From assembly GCF_000737315.1 (NCBI RefSeq), contig NZ_JMCB01000015.1, positions 62,001 to 126,000 on the forward strand: DNA of 64,000 nucleotides, given 5' to 3'. The notes beneath the pieces are model-generated. The model made no database searches, was not told the DNA's origin, and worked only from the letters and a program-made list of their open reading frames with translations. The stretch comes from Hyalangium minutum. GTDB lineage: Bacteria; Myxococcota; Myxococcia; Myxococcales; Myxococcaceae. The position numbers were made by a program, and so were the translations under genes. Below, in pieces: positions 39,657 through 49,921 of this stretch. The first letter of the stretch is position 1, and every line of letters begins with the position of its first letter.

Positions 39657-40121
39657 CTACTTGCTCCGCACCCGGAGCTCCCTCTTCGCTTCCTCGCCCG
39701 AGGGAGTGGGCTTCCGGGAGGCGTGCTCGGCGCGAGCGGAGATGATGCGCGGCAGGCTCTCCTCGATCCAGTCGGTGAGGATCTCGATGTGCCCCGCGAC
39801 CTCCCGGCCCAGGGGCGTGAGGCTGTAATCCACCCGGGGAGGAATCACCGGGTAGACCTCGCGATGCACGAAGCCGTCCTCCTCCAGCGCGTGCAGCGTC
39901 TGGGCGAGCATCTTCTCGCTCACCCCCGCCACCCTCCGCCGCAGCTCACTGAAGCGGTGCGTCCGTTCCAGCAGCGCGACGAGCACCAGCACGCCCCAGC
40001 GGCTCGTGACGTGGTCCAGGACGCCTCGGGAGGGGCACGCGGCGGCGTAGAGGTCCCCCCGCTGCTCGGCCCACTTCGCCATCGCTTTGCTCAGGTGCTT
40101 GGGCTGCTTGCTCGCTGTCAT
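39657..40121 (-). CDS. HxlR-family winged-helix regulator (YtfH/QorR-like)
   Basis: CPSRGVLDHVTSRW, RFSELRR, SEKMLAQTL..LE.DG, PPRVDYSLT.LG. Confidence 0.92.
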   Translation of the reverse strand: MTASKQPKHLSKAMAKWAEQRGDLYAAACPSRGVLDHVTSRWGVLVLVALLERTHRFSELRRRVAGVSEKMLAQTLHALEEDGFVHREVYPVIPPRVDYSLTPLGREVAGHIEILTDWIEESLPRIISARAEHASRKPTPSGEEAKRELRVRSK

Positions 40122-40128
40122 GCCAGTA

Positions 40129-40165
40129 GCTTACTTCAAGGTAGGTACTTACCAAAAGACAGTAC
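40129..40165. promoter_or_regulatory. Putative HxlR-type operator half-sites between divergent genes
   Basis: GCTTACTTCAAGGTAGGT and GTACTTACCAAAAGACAGTAC, imperfect CTTAC..GTAAG dyads with unequal spacing. Confidence 0.4.
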
Positions 40166-40222
40166 CCCCGTTAAAGAGAGTCTCGAACTTCAGCGGCGTT
40201 TTCACGCCAGGAGAGGCACCCC

Positions 40223-41077
40223 ATGATTCTCGTCACCGGAGCCACCGGGAAGCTCGGCCGTCTCGTCATCGAGGAGCTGCTCAAGAAGGTCCCCGCCAGC
40301 CATGTCATCGCGGCCGTGCGGAATCCCGAGAAGGCCGCCGAGCTTGCCCATCGCGGCGTCCAGGTCCGCAGAGCGGACTACAGCCAGCCGGAGACGCTCG
40401 GGCTGGCGTTCCAGGGTGTGGAGAAGGTGCTGCTCATCTCCTCCAATGAAGTCGGGCAGCGGGCGCAGCAGCATGAGGCCGTGGTGCAGGCCGCCAAGAA
40501 GGCGGGCGTGCGCCTCCTGGTCTACACGAGCATCCTGCACGCGGAGCGCTCGCGGCTGGCGCTGGCCGCGGAGCACAAGGCCACCGAGGAGAGCATTCGC
40601 GCCTCCGGCCTGCCGTACGTGTTCCTGCGCAACGGCTGGTACTTCGAGAACTACACGGAGAACCTCGGGCCCGCGCTGGCGCACGGCGCGCTTGTCGGCA
40701 GCGCGGGCGAGGGGCGGATTGCCGCCGCCACTCGGGCCGACTACGCGGCGGCCGCGGCGGCGGTGCTCACCGGCTCGGGGCATGAGAACAAGGTGTATGA
40801 GCTGGGAGGGGACACCCCGTTCACCATGGCGGAACTGGCCGCCGAGGTGTCTCGCCAGGCCGGCAGGGCGATTGCCTACACCAACCTGGCGCCCGAGCAG
40901 TACCAGGGCGTGCTCGAAAGCGCGGGCGTGCCGAAACCCTACGCCGCAGCGCTGGCGGACTCCGATGTCGGCGTTTCTCGCGGCGAGCTCAACGACTCCT
41001 CCGGCGACCTGCACCGCCTCATCGGCCGTCCCACGACGGCGCTCGCGGACGCGGTCGCCGTGGCGTTCAAGCGCTGA
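40223..41077 (+). CDS. NAD(P)H:quinone oxidoreductase, NmrA-like SDR (YtfG/QorB-like)
   Basis: ILVTGATGKLG, VYTSIL, H..TE, LRNGWYFEN; divergent from the HxlR gene. Confidence 0.88.
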   Translation: MILVTGATGKLGRLVIEELLKKVPASHVIAAVRNPEKAAELAHRGVQVRRADYSQPETLGLAFQGVEKVLLISSNEVGQRAQQHEAVVQAAKKAGVRLLVYTSILHAERSRLALAAEHKATEESIRASGLPYVFLRNGWYFENYTENLGPALAHGALVGSAGEGRIAAATRADYAAAAAAVLTGSGHENKVYELGGDTPFTMAELAAEVSRQAGRAIAYTNLAPEQYQGVLESAGVPKPYAAALADSDVGVSRGELNDSSGDLHRLIGRPTTALADAVAVAFKR

Positions 41078-41228
41078 TGCTCACCGAGCTCCTTGCCGCT
41101 CTCCAGAATCGAGGGGATTCCATCGATGCTCGATTCCTTCTCCCGAGGAGTGGTCACTGCTGCACTCTGCTACCGGGACCCGGGTTGATCATTTCACCCC
41201 CTGAGTCATCTCTTGGTTCGGCCCTCGA

Positions 41229-41373
41229 ATGGCCTGCCCGTTCGTGTACGGCGATGGGGAGCGGGTGACTCTTCCTCTGCAAGTGCGACACGCTGATGGC
41301 CGTGGAGTGGAAGGACAAGAAGGCCTATGACCTGCAAGAGGCCAAGTACGAACTGAAGCGCTGGTTGAGCTGA
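41229..41373 (+). pseudogene. Short frameshifted coding relic
   Basis: Two GC3-biased stretches (MACPFVYGDGERV and LFLCKCDTLMAVEWKDKKAYDLQEAKYELKRWLS*) are offset by one base near 41268. Confidence 0.35.
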
Positions 41374-41386
41374 GCGGGGCGTGCCC

Positions 41387-41998
41387 ATGGCTGAGCTGAA
41401 GGTCCATTCCCGAAAAGAGTCGCTGCCCAAGGAGCTCCTCTATCCGCTCAAGGCCGGTGAGCTCGCCGCGGCGTTCCAGCCGAAGATCACCCGCGACGCC
41501 CACCTGGACCTCTCCTTCCACCGCACACAGGCCTACTGGAAGGAGCAGCGCGACCGCATTCAGGAGGAGGGCAGGTACACACTCGCCCGGTGTACCTACT
41601 ACACGCGCGGACTTCATCTCAGATCCTGGGGCCATGCCCCCTGGGCCCACGAGGAGCGGCCTCAGGTCATCACTGCCAACGTCCTCGCCATTCCCCGTGC
41701 CGTCCTCCCCAAGGGCTCTTCCATTCACGCCGCCGCTTCCAGCTTGGTGTGCGAGGCCGTTGCTGTGCTCGTTCCACGAGGACTGCCCCGCCTGACGCAG
41801 CGCGGCCAGATGGAGGATGACGCGTGGCACTTCGAACTGGAGCTCGACAGCTCCGTCCACCTCCTCCGCGCCAAGCTCCAGCCCTGGACCGGGGGCTCCT
41901 TCGGTCTCCAGACCGTGGAGTGCCCCCTGACACCCGAAGTGGATCCGCAGTCTCACCCCCAGACCGACGTCTCGGATTCTGATCAGGATCCGACGTAG
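41387..41998 (+). CDS. Hypothetical protein
   Basis: GC3-biased ORF starting MAELKVHSRKESLPKELLYPLK; no motif recognised. Confidence 0.68.
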   Translation: MAELKVHSRKESLPKELLYPLKAGELAAAFQPKITRDAHLDLSFHRTQAYWKEQRDRIQEEGRYTLARCTYYTRGLHLRSWGHAPWAHEERPQVITANVLAIPRAVLPKGSSIHAAASSLVCEAVAVLVPRGLPRLTQRGQMEDDAWHFELELDSSVHLLRAKLQPWTGGSFGLQTVECPLTPEVDPQSHPQTDVSDSDQDPT

Positions 41999-42165
41999 AC
42001 CGCTGAACGATGCCCCTGCGGAGCTGACCGCTACCTCACAGTGGGATCGCGAAAGCCGAGGAGGGGGGGCTCACGCCGCCTTGTCTGAATTCCTAGCGTC
42101 CGTGGGTAGGCGGACTGGACGGGGCGTGGCGGAGCGGGGAGAAGAGCCCGTCTACGGGGGCCATC

Positions 42166-42843
42166 GTGACGACGGATGCTGAGCTGAACGAGCTGTGTGC
42201 GTTGTTGCCCACTCTCCCGGACAGGGAGCCTTGGCTGGATCTCAAGTTCCATGCCTGGGAAGTCCTCCGGTACTCGCGAGAGGTCCTCGATCTCCTGCCC
42301 AGTCTCAAACGTCTCTGGGAGTCTGGCACCCAGCCCAAGGCCCTCTGCGAAGGCCTGAGCCGCATCGACTTCCTCCTGATGTACCCCATCGTGCGTGGCG
42401 TGCGCCTCGTCGTCTCTCTGGCGGGCCAGTCCCAGTTGCACCCCGCTCCCTCCACGCTCCCGCTGGGCGCTGTGGAAATGGCGTTCGCTCCCACCGAGGT
42501 CCGCGAGTGCTACTCGCGCGGCGTGGCCCGCGAGAAGATGGGCTTGCACCTGGAGGCGCTCGGGCCCGCCGTCCTCCAGGCCCATGACGCGGTCGTCCGC
42601 GCCCTCTCGGCCAGCGGCTCCGCCGAGTCCGTGCTCAAGCAGGTGCACACCGAGTTCATCGCCGCTCAGGAGTTCTTCCAGGGCGCCGCCGCCCAGCACG
42701 CCCGCGCCGCCTATGACTGGGCGGATCAGTACTGGCGTCTCGCGGATCCCCAGGGCCGGGAGGCTCGCTTCGATCGCCTACGCGCCATGTTCCGCGCCGG
42801 TCTCCCCTCCGGGAGCGCCTCCAGCGACATTGCTCGCAGCTGA
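42166..42843 (+). CDS. Hypothetical helical protein
   Basis: GC3-biased ORF with GTG start; no motif recognised. Confidence 0.62.
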   Translation: MTTDAELNELCALLPTLPDREPWLDLKFHAWEVLRYSREVLDLLPSLKRLWESGTQPKALCEGLSRIDFLLMYPIVRGVRLVVSLAGQSQLHPAPSTLPLGAVEMAFAPTEVRECYSRGVAREKMGLHLEALGPAVLQAHDAVVRALSASGSAESVLKQVHTEFIAAQEFFQGAAAQHARAAYDWADQYWRLADPQGREARFDRLRAMFRAGLPSGSASSDIARS

Positions 42844-42941
42844 GCCTTCGCCTCCGTCACCGTGAGGCTGTCGCCGGAGGTCTCGCTCACCGCACCCTCC
42901 TGGTCTAGGGTGCGCTGTTCACCGCGCGTGAGGGGAGCACG

Positions 42942-43931
42942 ATGAAGCTGCGTCAACTGGGCCGCAACGGCCCTCGGGTCTCGGCCCTCGGGCTGGGCTG
43001 CATGGGCATGAGTGAGTTCTATGGAGGCCGCGATGACGCGGAGTCCATCGCCACCCTCCACCGCGCCCTGGAACTGGGCGTCACCTTCCTGGACACCGCC
43101 GATGTCTACGGGCCCCACCTCAACGAGGAGCTCGTCGGCCGCGCGCTCCAGGGCAAGCGCGACCGGGTGGTGCTCGCCACCAAGTTCGGCATCATCCGCG
43201 ACCCCAAGAACCCCGCAGTCCGGGGCGTCAGCGGCAAGCCCGACTATGTCCGCAAGGCGTGCGAGGACAGCCTCCGGCGGCTCAACGTCGAGACGATTGA
43301 TCTCTACTACCAGCACCGCGTGGACCCCGCCGTCCCCATCGAGGACACCGTGGGCGCCATGGCCGAGCTCGTGAAGCAGGGCAAGGTCCGCTATCTGGGC
43401 ATGAGCGAGGCCTCCTCGGAGACGATCGAGCGCGCCCACCGCGTCCACCCCATCACCGCCTTGCAGTCCGAGTACTCCCTGTGGACGCGAGACCCCGAGG
43501 AGGGCGTGCTCGCCACCTGCCGCCGCCTGGGCATCGGCTTCGTGCCGTACAGCCCGCTGGGCCGCGGCTTCCTCACCGGCGCCATCACCAAGCCCGAGGA
43601 CTTCGAGCCGGATGACTACCGGAGCCGCTCGCCCCGCTTCCAGGGCGAGAACTTCCAAAAGAACCTGGAGCTGGTGCGCAAGGTGAAGGAGCTGGCCACT
43701 CAGAAGGGCTGCACCCCCTCGCAGCTCGCGCTGGCCTGGGTGCTCGCCAAGGGGGAGGACCTCGTGCCCATCCCCGGCACCAAGCGGCGCAAGTACCTGG
43801 AGGAGAATCTCCACGCGCTGGATGTCTCGCTGACGCCCGAGGAGCTCCAGGCCTTGGATGACGTGTTCCCGCTCGGAGCCGCCTCTGGAGCCCGCTACCC
43901 CGAGGCGATGATGAAGAGCCTGAACCGCTGA
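42942..43931 (+). CDS. Aldo/keto reductase
   Basis: [49 protein letters not shown]. Confidence 0.96.
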   Translation: MKLRQLGRNGPRVSALGLGCMGMSEFYGGRDDAESIATLHRALELGVTFLDTADVYGPHLNEELVGRALQGKRDRVVLATKFGIIRDPKNPAVRGVSGKPDYVRKACEDSLRRLNVETIDLYYQHRVDPAVPIEDTVGAMAELVKQGKVRYLGMSEASSETIERAHRVHPITALQSEYSLWTRDPEEGVLATCRRLGIGFVPYSPLGRGFLTGAITKPEDFEPDDYRSRSPRFQGENFQKNLELVRKVKELATQKGCTPSQLALAWVLAKGEDLVPIPGTKRRKYLEENLHALDVSLTPEELQALDDVFPLGAASGARYPEAMMKSLNR

Positions 43932-43934
43932 GGG

Positions 43935-46607
43935 CTACTCGGCTCGTAGGGCGATGGCGGGTGGCACGCGTGTCGCCCGCCGCGCGGGCAGCCAGCTCGC
44001 GAACAGCGCCACCGCGAGCAGCCCCCCCACCACGGACACGAAGGTGAGCGGGTCGTGCGGGGGCACTCCGTAGAGCACGCTCTCCATGAGCCGTGCGAGC
44101 GCGAGCGCCCCCGCCAGGCCCACCCCCACGCCCACGGCCACCAGCCGCAGGCCTCCGCCCACCACCATCCGCAGCACGTCGCCCGTGGTCGCTCCGAGCG
44201 CCAGCCGCACGCCGATCTCCCGGCGGCGCTGGCTCACCGTGTACGCCAGCACCCCGTAGATGCCCACCGCGCCCAGCAGCAGCCCCAGCGCCGCGAACAG
44301 GCCCATCAGTACCGCGAGCAGCCTCGGGCGGGCCACCACCTCGCTCATCATCTGCTCCAGCGTGGTGACGCGGGTGATGGTCTGGTTGCGGTCCACGCTC
44401 CACACCGCCTTCTGCACGTCCGCCGCCACCCGCAGCGGATCGCCCTTGCTGCGCACCAGCAGGTTCACCCCCGAGCGCATGTTCTGCAGCGCGTGCAGGT
44501 AGAGCATCGGCTCGGCCGGCTCCGAGGGCCCCGCCTGCAGCGTGTCACCCACCACGCCGATGATCGTCACCGGCTCGCCCAGGTCCATCACCTGGCCCAC
44601 GGGATCGCCCTGCAGCCCGAGGCGGCGCACGAAGGTCTCGTTCACCACGATCTTCAGCTGCGTGCCTTCTCCGCCTCGATCGGCATCCGTGAAGTCCCGG
44701 CCGCCCTTCAACGGAATCCGCAGCGTGCGGAAGTAGTCGCGGCTGATGTGCAGCACGTTGACGCGCACCAGCGCGTCGGGCTGGCCTCGCACCGGCAGCC
44801 GCAGCTGCTCCACGTCCGTCTGGCCCGGCACCGTCTTCGCCGCGCCCACCGACTCCACCCCGGGCACCGCTCGCACCGCCTCGAGTACCTGCTGGTAGTA
44901 CCCCTTCGAGTTCTCGTCGTGCGCCGAGCCGATGCTGAAGCTCACGATGGCCAGTCCCTTCGGATCAAAGCCCATGTCCTTGGACAGCAGGTGCTCGAAG
45001 CTGCGCGCCGCGAGCCCCGCTCCGCTGGCCAGCACCACCGCGAGCGCCACCTCCGCCACCACGAGCCCTCCGCGCAGGCGCTTGCCGCCTCCCGCTCCCT
45101 GGCCCGGCGAGGCCCCCTTGAGCAACGGCTGCAGCGAGGGTGCCGTGGCCCTCAGCGCGGGCAGCAGTCCGAACAGCAGGCCCGTGAGCGCCGTGAGCCC
45201 CAGCGTGAATGCCAGCACCGTGCCGTCCAGGCGGACTTCGCTGGCGCGCGGCAACTTCCCAGCGGCCAGGTGCACCAACCCCTCAGAGCCGAGGACCGCC
45301 ACGCCCATTCCCAGCACACCACCCGCGAACGCCAGGAGCAGGCTTTCGGTGATCAGCTGCCTCGCGAGCCGCCCCGGCGAGGCCCCCAGCGCCGCGCGCA
45401 CCGCCAGCTCCTGCTCCCGCACCGTGCCTCGCGCCAGGAGCAGGTTCGCCAGGTTGGCGCACGCAATGAGCAGGATGAACGCCACCGCGCCCAGCAGCAC
45501 CAGCAGGCTCGTCTTCACCTCGCCCACCATGGACTCATGCAGTGGCACCACCGTGGCGCTGCCGAAGTGCGCGTTGGAGTCCGGGTGCTCGGCCTCCAGC
45601 GTCCTCGCCACCCGGTTGAGATCCGCGCGCGCCGCCTCCAGCGTCACCCCCGGCTTCAGCCGTCCCACCCCCGCCAGCCAGCGCGAGCCCCGAACCTCCC
45701 ACGGCACGTCGTCCTGCTTGAAGTACGCCACCGGCATCCACGCCTCCACGTTGGGAGCCGGGAAGTCGAAGCCGCGCGGCATCACTCCCACCACCGTGCA
45801 CGGCTTGTTGTCGAGCGTCACCGTGCGGCCCACCACGTCCGCTGAGCCGCCGAAGCGGCGCTGCCACAGCCCGTGGCTCAGCACCACCACGCTCGCCTGT
45901 CCGTGCACGTGGTCCTGCGGCTGCAACGGGCGCCCGAGCAGCGGCGCCGTCCCGAGCGCCTGGAACACCCCGTCCGTCACGAAGGACATCTGCAGGCGCA
46001 CCGGCTCCCCGTCGCCCAGCAGATCCATCCCCGTGCGGCCCTCCGCGTACTGGTAGGCCCCCGCCGCCTCCAGCGACTGCGACAGCGTGCGCCAGTCCTC
46101 CATGTCCGGTACGGAGAAGTAGCCCCTGGTCGTCTCCGGCGCTCCCTGCCACAGCCGCACCAGCCGCTCCGGGGCGGGGTAGGGGAGCTCTCGCAGCAGC
46201 ACCCCTCGCACCACGCCGAAGATGGCCGTGTTCGCTCCGATGCCCAGCGCCAACGTCAGCACCGCCACCAGCGTGAAGCCCGGCGTGCGCAGCAGCCCGC
46301 GCACCCCGTACCGCACGTCCTGCACCAGCGCTCCCCACCGCAAGGCCCGGCCCATCTCTTTCTCCCTCTGTCGGCTCAGCTCCACGCACTCCTCGCGGTA
46401 GTGCGCCATGTCCCCGAAGCGCCGCAGTGCCTCCTCGCGCGCATCCTCCGGAGACAGGCCGCCCTGCACCAGCCGCTCCACGCTCAGCTCCAGGTGGAAG
46501 CGCAGCTCCTCGTCTACTTCCTGCTCGGGCGCGGGCGGACGGACCGCCAGGCGGAACAGGCGCCGGAACGGCCACGGGCGCTCGCGCCGCGGGGGACTCT
46601 CAGCCAT
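43935..46607 (-). CDS. Duplicated orphan ABC permease (ADOP-type, MacB_PCD/FtsX twice)
   Basis: [17 protein letters not shown] prefix, [51 protein letters not shown]. Confidence 0.92.
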   Translation of the reverse strand: MAESPPRRERPWPFRRLFRLAVRPPAPEQEVDEELRFHLELSVERLVQGGLSPEDAREEALRRFGDMAHYREECVELSRQREKEMGRALRWGALVQDVRYGVRGLLRTPGFTLVAVLTLALGIGANTAIFGVVRGVLLRELPYPAPERLVRLWQGAPETTRGYFSVPDMEDWRTLSQSLEAAGAYQYAEGRTGMDLLGDGEPVRLQMSFVTDGVFQALGTAPLLGRPLQPQDHVHGQASVVVLSHGLWQRRFGGSADVVGRTVTLDNKPCTVVGVMPRGFDFPAPNVEAWMPVAYFKQDDVPWEVRGSRWLAGVGRLKPGVTLEAARADLNRVARTLEAEHPDSNAHFGSATVVPLHESMVGEVKTSLLVLLGAVAFILLIACANLANLLLARGTVREQELAVRAALGASPGRLARQLITESLLLAFAGGVLGMGVAVLGSEGLVHLAAGKLPRASEVRLDGTVLAFTLGLTALTGLLFGLLPALRATAPSLQPLLKGASPGQGAGGGKRLRGGLVVAEVALAVVLASGAGLAARSFEHLLSKDMGFDPKGLAIVSFSIGSAHDENSKGYYQQVLEAVRAVPGVESVGAAKTVPGQTDVEQLRLPVRGQPDALVRVNVLHISRDYFRTLRIPLKGGRDFTDADRGGEGTQLKIVVNETFVRRLGLQGDPVGQVMDLGEPVTIIGVVGDTLQAGPSEPAEPMLYLHALQNMRSGVNLLVRSKGDPLRVAADVQKAVWSVDRNQTITRVTTLEQMMSEVVARPRLLAVLMGLFAALGLLLGAVGIYGVLAYTVSQRRREIGVRLALGATTGDVLRMVVGGGLRLVAVGVGVGLAGALALARLMESVLYGVPPHDPLTFVSVVGGLLAVALFASWLPARRATRVPPAIALRAE

Positions 46608-46622
46608 GGCTCTCCCGCTTCC

Positions 46623-46955
46623 TCACGCCGACTGCAGCACGCGCGTCACCGCGTCCGAGTACGCCAGCCAGTGCTGCGTGCCCGCGCGCAGCTGCGCCCG
46701 CCCCGCGCTCGTGAGCCGGTAGAACTTCGCCTTCCGGTTGTTCTCCGACACCCCCCACTCCGCCTCCACCCAGCCACGCCGCTCCAGCCGGTGCAGCGCC
46801 GGGTAGAGCGCCCCTTCCTCCACCTTCAGCGCCTCACCGCTGCGCATCCGGATCAGCTCCGCCACCCCGTACCCGTGTTGCGGCCCCCACGAGAGGACTT
46901 TCAACAGCAGCACATCCAGCGTCCCCTGCAGCAGCTCCAGCGACGAGTCACCCAT
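46623..46955 (-). CDS. PadR-family regulator (ADOP-associated type)
   Basis: LLQGTLDVLLLKVL, HGYG, EEGALYPALHRLE, SENNRKAKFYRLT; 15 bp upstream of the permease. Confidence 0.95.
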   Translation of the reverse strand: MGDSSLELLQGTLDVLLLKVLSWGPQHGYGVAELIRMRSGEALKVEEGALYPALHRLERRGWVEAEWGVSENNRKAKFYRLTSAGRAQLRAGTQHWLAYSDAVTRVLQSA

Positions 46956-46961
46956 GAACTT

Positions 46962-46984
46962 CTCCCCTTGGCATCTTAGGGGAG
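46962..46984. promoter_or_regulatory. PadR operator candidate, copy 1 (contains the padR Shine-Dalgarno)
   Basis: CTCCCCTTGGCATCTTAGGGGAG; dyad CTCCCCT-N9-AGGGGAG. Confidence 0.7.
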
Positions 46985-46995
46985 CATGCCGTTCC

Positions 46996-47018
46996 TTCCC
47001 CTAAGCCGTCAAGGGGAG
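46996..47018. promoter_or_regulatory. PadR operator candidate, copy 2
   Basis: TTCCCCTAAGCCGTCAAGGGGAG; matches the reverse complement of copy 1 (CTCCCCTAAGATGCCAAGGGGAG) at 18/23 positions. Confidence 0.7.
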
Positions 47019-47068
47019 CGGCCCTCGATTCTCTTGCTCGCGAGGGCCGCCAGTAGCACCTTCACCGG

Positions 47069-49627
47069 GTGCGTGTTCTCAAGTTCCGTGGCTCCCCGCC
47101 TTCCGAGCCAGCAGGCGGCTCCCCACACGGTTTCGTTCGCGTGCGAGGCGCTCGCGAGCACAACCTCAAGGACGTGGACGTCGACATCCCCCGGGATGCG
47201 TTCGTGGTGTTCACGGGCATCTCCGGCTCCGGGAAGTCCTCGCTCGCCTTCGGGACGCTCTACGCAGAGGCTCAGCGGCGCTACTTCGAGTCCGTGGCCC
47301 CGTACGCCCGGCGGCTGATCGACCAGGCAGGCGTCCCCGAGGTGGATGCCATTGAAGGCCTGCCCCCGGCGGTGGCGCTCCAGCAGCACCGAGGCACGCC
47401 GACGACGCGCTCGTCCGTGGGCAGCGTGACGACAATCTCCAACTCGCTGCGCCTGCTGTACTCGCGCGCGGGGACGTACCCGCCGAACCAGCCGCACCTG
47501 GACTCGGATGCGTTCTCGCCCAACACGCCGGCAGGGGCGTGCCCGAACTGCCATGGCCTGGGCCGCGTGTACGACGCGACCGAGGAGTCCATGGTGCCGG
47601 ATCCCTCGCTCACCATCCGTGAGCGGGCCATCGCCGCGTGGCCTCCCGCGTGGCACGGCCAGAACCTGCGCGACATCCTGGTGTCGCTCGGGTACGACGT
47701 GGACACGCCCTGGCGCGAGCTGCCGCAGAAGGACCGCGAGTGGATCCTCTTCACCGAGGAGCAGCCCACTGTCCCCGTCTACGCGGGCTTCACTCCGGCC
47801 GAGACGCGGCGGGCCCTCAGGCGCAAGGAAGCGCCCAGCTACATGGGCACCTTCACCAGCGCCCGGAAGTTCGTGCTGCAGACCTTCGCCACCACGCAGA
47901 GCGCGATGATCAAGAAGCGCGTCTCGCAGTACATGGTGAGTGGGGAGTGCCGCCTGTGCCACGGCAAGCGCCTGCGCCGCGAGTCCCTGTCCGTCACCTT
48001 CGCGGGGCTCGACATTGGCGAGCTGTCCCGGTTGCCGCTCAAGCGTGTGGCGGAGATTCTCCGGCCCACCGTCAACGGCACGGCACCCGGGATGGCGAAG
48101 CTGTCTCGCGAGCACCCGGAGAAAGCGCTCGTGGCCCAGCGCATCGCCAAGGATCTGCTGGCGCGCATCGACGTGCTGGCCGAGCTCGGGCTGGGGTACC
48201 TGTCGCTGGAGCGCAGCACGCCGACGCTCTCTCCCGGAGAGCTGCAGCGGCTGCGGCTCGCCACCCAGGTGCGCTCCAACCTGTTCGGCGTGGTGTACGT
48301 GCTGGACGAGCCCTCCGCGGGACTCCACCCGGCGGACACCGCGTCGCTGCTCAAGGCGCTCGATCAGCTGAAGGGCTCGGGCAACTCGCTCTTCGTGGTG
48401 GAGCACGAGGTGGATGTCATCCGCCACGCGGACTGGATTGTGGACGTGGGGCCGGCCGCGGGTGAGCACGGCGGGCGCATCCTCTACAGCGGTCCGCTCG
48501 AGGGGCTCGCCTCCGTGGAGGCCTCGCACACGCGGCGCTACCTCTTCGAGGAGAAGGCTGCTGCGCGCCATACGCCCCGCTCGCCCAAGGGGTGGCTCCG
48601 CCTGGAGGGCGTCTCCCGCAACAACTTGCACGGGCTGGATGTGGAGTTCCCGCTGGGCGTCTTCACCACGGTGACGGGCGTGTCCGGCTCGGGCAAGTCG
48701 AGCCTGGTGAGCCAGGTACTCGTGGAGCTGGTCTCCGAGCAGCTCGGCCATGAGCTGCTCCCGGACGAGGACGAGGGCGAGGAACTGGAGCGCTCCGTCG
48801 TGCTCACCACGGGCGGGAAGATCGTCAGCGGCATGGAGGGGATCAAGCGCCTGGTGCGCGTGGACCAGAGGCCCATCGGCCGTACGCCTCGCTCCAACCT
48901 GGCGACGTACACGGGGCTGTTCGACCACGTGCGCAAGCTGTTTGCTGCGACGAAGGAGGCCCGGGCCCGGCGGTTCGATGTGGGGCGCTTCTCGTTCAAC
49001 GTGGCCAAGGGCCGCTGCGAGACGTGCGAGGGCGAGGGCTTCGTGAGCGTGGAGCTGCTCTTCCTGCCCAGCGTGTACGCGCCGTGCCCTACGTGCCACG
49101 GTGCCCGCTACAACGCGAAGACGCTGGAGATTCAGTACCGCGGGAAGAACATCGCCGAGGTGTTGGGGATGACGGTGGACGCGGCGTACGCGTTCTTCGC
49201 CGAGGACACGGCGGTGCACCGCGCGCTGGGCGTGCTGAAGGAGGTGGGCCTGGGCTACCTGAGGCTGGGGCAGCCCGCCACGGAGCTGTCCGGCGGCGAG
49301 GCCCAGCGCATCAAGCTCGCCACGGAGCTGCAGCGGGTGCAGCGCGGGCACACGCTCTACGTCCTCGACGAGCCCACCACGGGCCTGCACCCCGCGGACG
49401 TGGACAGGCTCATGTCCCAGCTCAACGGACTGGTCGAGGCGGGCAACACCATCATCCTCGTGGAGCACGATATGCGCGTCATCGCCGCGAGCGACTGGGT
49501 CATCGACATGGGCCCGGGCGCGGGCGAGGAGGGGGGCAAGGTGGTGGTGGCGGGAACGCCCGCTCAAGTGGCCGCCACATCCAAGAGCCGCACGGCGCCG
49601 TATCTCTCCGAGTGCTTGGGGGCCTAG
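47069..49627 (+). CDS. UvrA-like ABC ATPase (short paralog)
   Basis: [62 protein letters not shown]; 852 aa. Confidence 0.9.
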   Translation: MRVLKFRGSPPSEPAGGSPHGFVRVRGAREHNLKDVDVDIPRDAFVVFTGISGSGKSSLAFGTLYAEAQRRYFESVAPYARRLIDQAGVPEVDAIEGLPPAVALQQHRGTPTTRSSVGSVTTISNSLRLLYSRAGTYPPNQPHLDSDAFSPNTPAGACPNCHGLGRVYDATEESMVPDPSLTIRERAIAAWPPAWHGQNLRDILVSLGYDVDTPWRELPQKDREWILFTEEQPTVPVYAGFTPAETRRALRRKEAPSYMGTFTSARKFVLQTFATTQSAMIKKRVSQYMVSGECRLCHGKRLRRESLSVTFAGLDIGELSRLPLKRVAEILRPTVNGTAPGMAKLSREHPEKALVAQRIAKDLLARIDVLAELGLGYLSLERSTPTLSPGELQRLRLATQVRSNLFGVVYVLDEPSAGLHPADTASLLKALDQLKGSGNSLFVVEHEVDVIRHADWIVDVGPAAGEHGGRILYSGPLEGLASVEASHTRRYLFEEKAAARHTPRSPKGWLRLEGVSRNNLHGLDVEFPLGVFTTVTGVSGSGKSSLVSQVLVELVSEQLGHELLPDEDEGEELERSVVLTTGGKIVSGMEGIKRLVRVDQRPIGRTPRSNLATYTGLFDHVRKLFAATKEARARRFDVGRFSFNVAKGRCETCEGEGFVSVELLFLPSVYAPCPTCHGARYNAKTLEIQYRGKNIAEVLGMTVDAAYAFFAEDTAVHRALGVLKEVGLGYLRLGQPATELSGGEAQRIKLATELQRVQRGHTLYVLDEPTTGLHPADVDRLMSQLNGLVEAGNTIILVEHDMRVIAASDWVIDMGPGAGEEGGKVVVAGTPAQVAATSKSRTAPYLSECLGA

Positions 49628-49912
49628 CGACGCATTGAAACGGAGGGTGTTTCGAGAACACTCGAAGGCTCGCCGAGGAGCGCTCCGGTGCTGATCTCCC
49701 AGAGCCGGACCCCGTCCGCTCCCGCCGTGGCCAGCCGTTGGTCTGAGGGGGCCCAGGCAGCGGACCGCACGGCTCCCGTGTGCCCCGAGAGCTTTCGCAC
49801 CTCCCGAGCGCTCTCGACCTCCCAGATCCGCACGGTGCCATCCGCTCCCGCGGCGGCCATCCGCCCGTCCCGGGCGAACTGCACGCAGAAGACTCCGTCG
49901 CTCGTGCCCACG
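49624..49912 (-). pseudogene. WD40-repeat fragment (about two blades)
   Basis: VQFARDGRMAAAGADGTVRIWE, LSGHTGAVRSAAWAPSDQRLATAGADGVRLWE; too short for a propeller; start uncertain. Confidence 0.65.
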
Positions 49913-49921
49913 CGCAGAGCC

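Noticed and set aside
41254-41373. In-frame TGA at 41266-41268 read as selenocysteine
   Set aside because: No SECIS-like hairpin was recognised, and codon bias upstream favours another frame, so a frameshift is simpler.
46962-47018. The two 23-bp palindromes as a mini-CRISPR or terminators
   Set aside because: Only two copies, inverted, with an 11-bp gap, no cas genes and no U-tract; operators fit better.
47069-49627. UvrA-like protein as the missing ATPase of the ADOP permease
   Set aside because: UvrA-family ATPases act on DNA and have zinc-finger insertions; they are not MacB-type transporter subunits.
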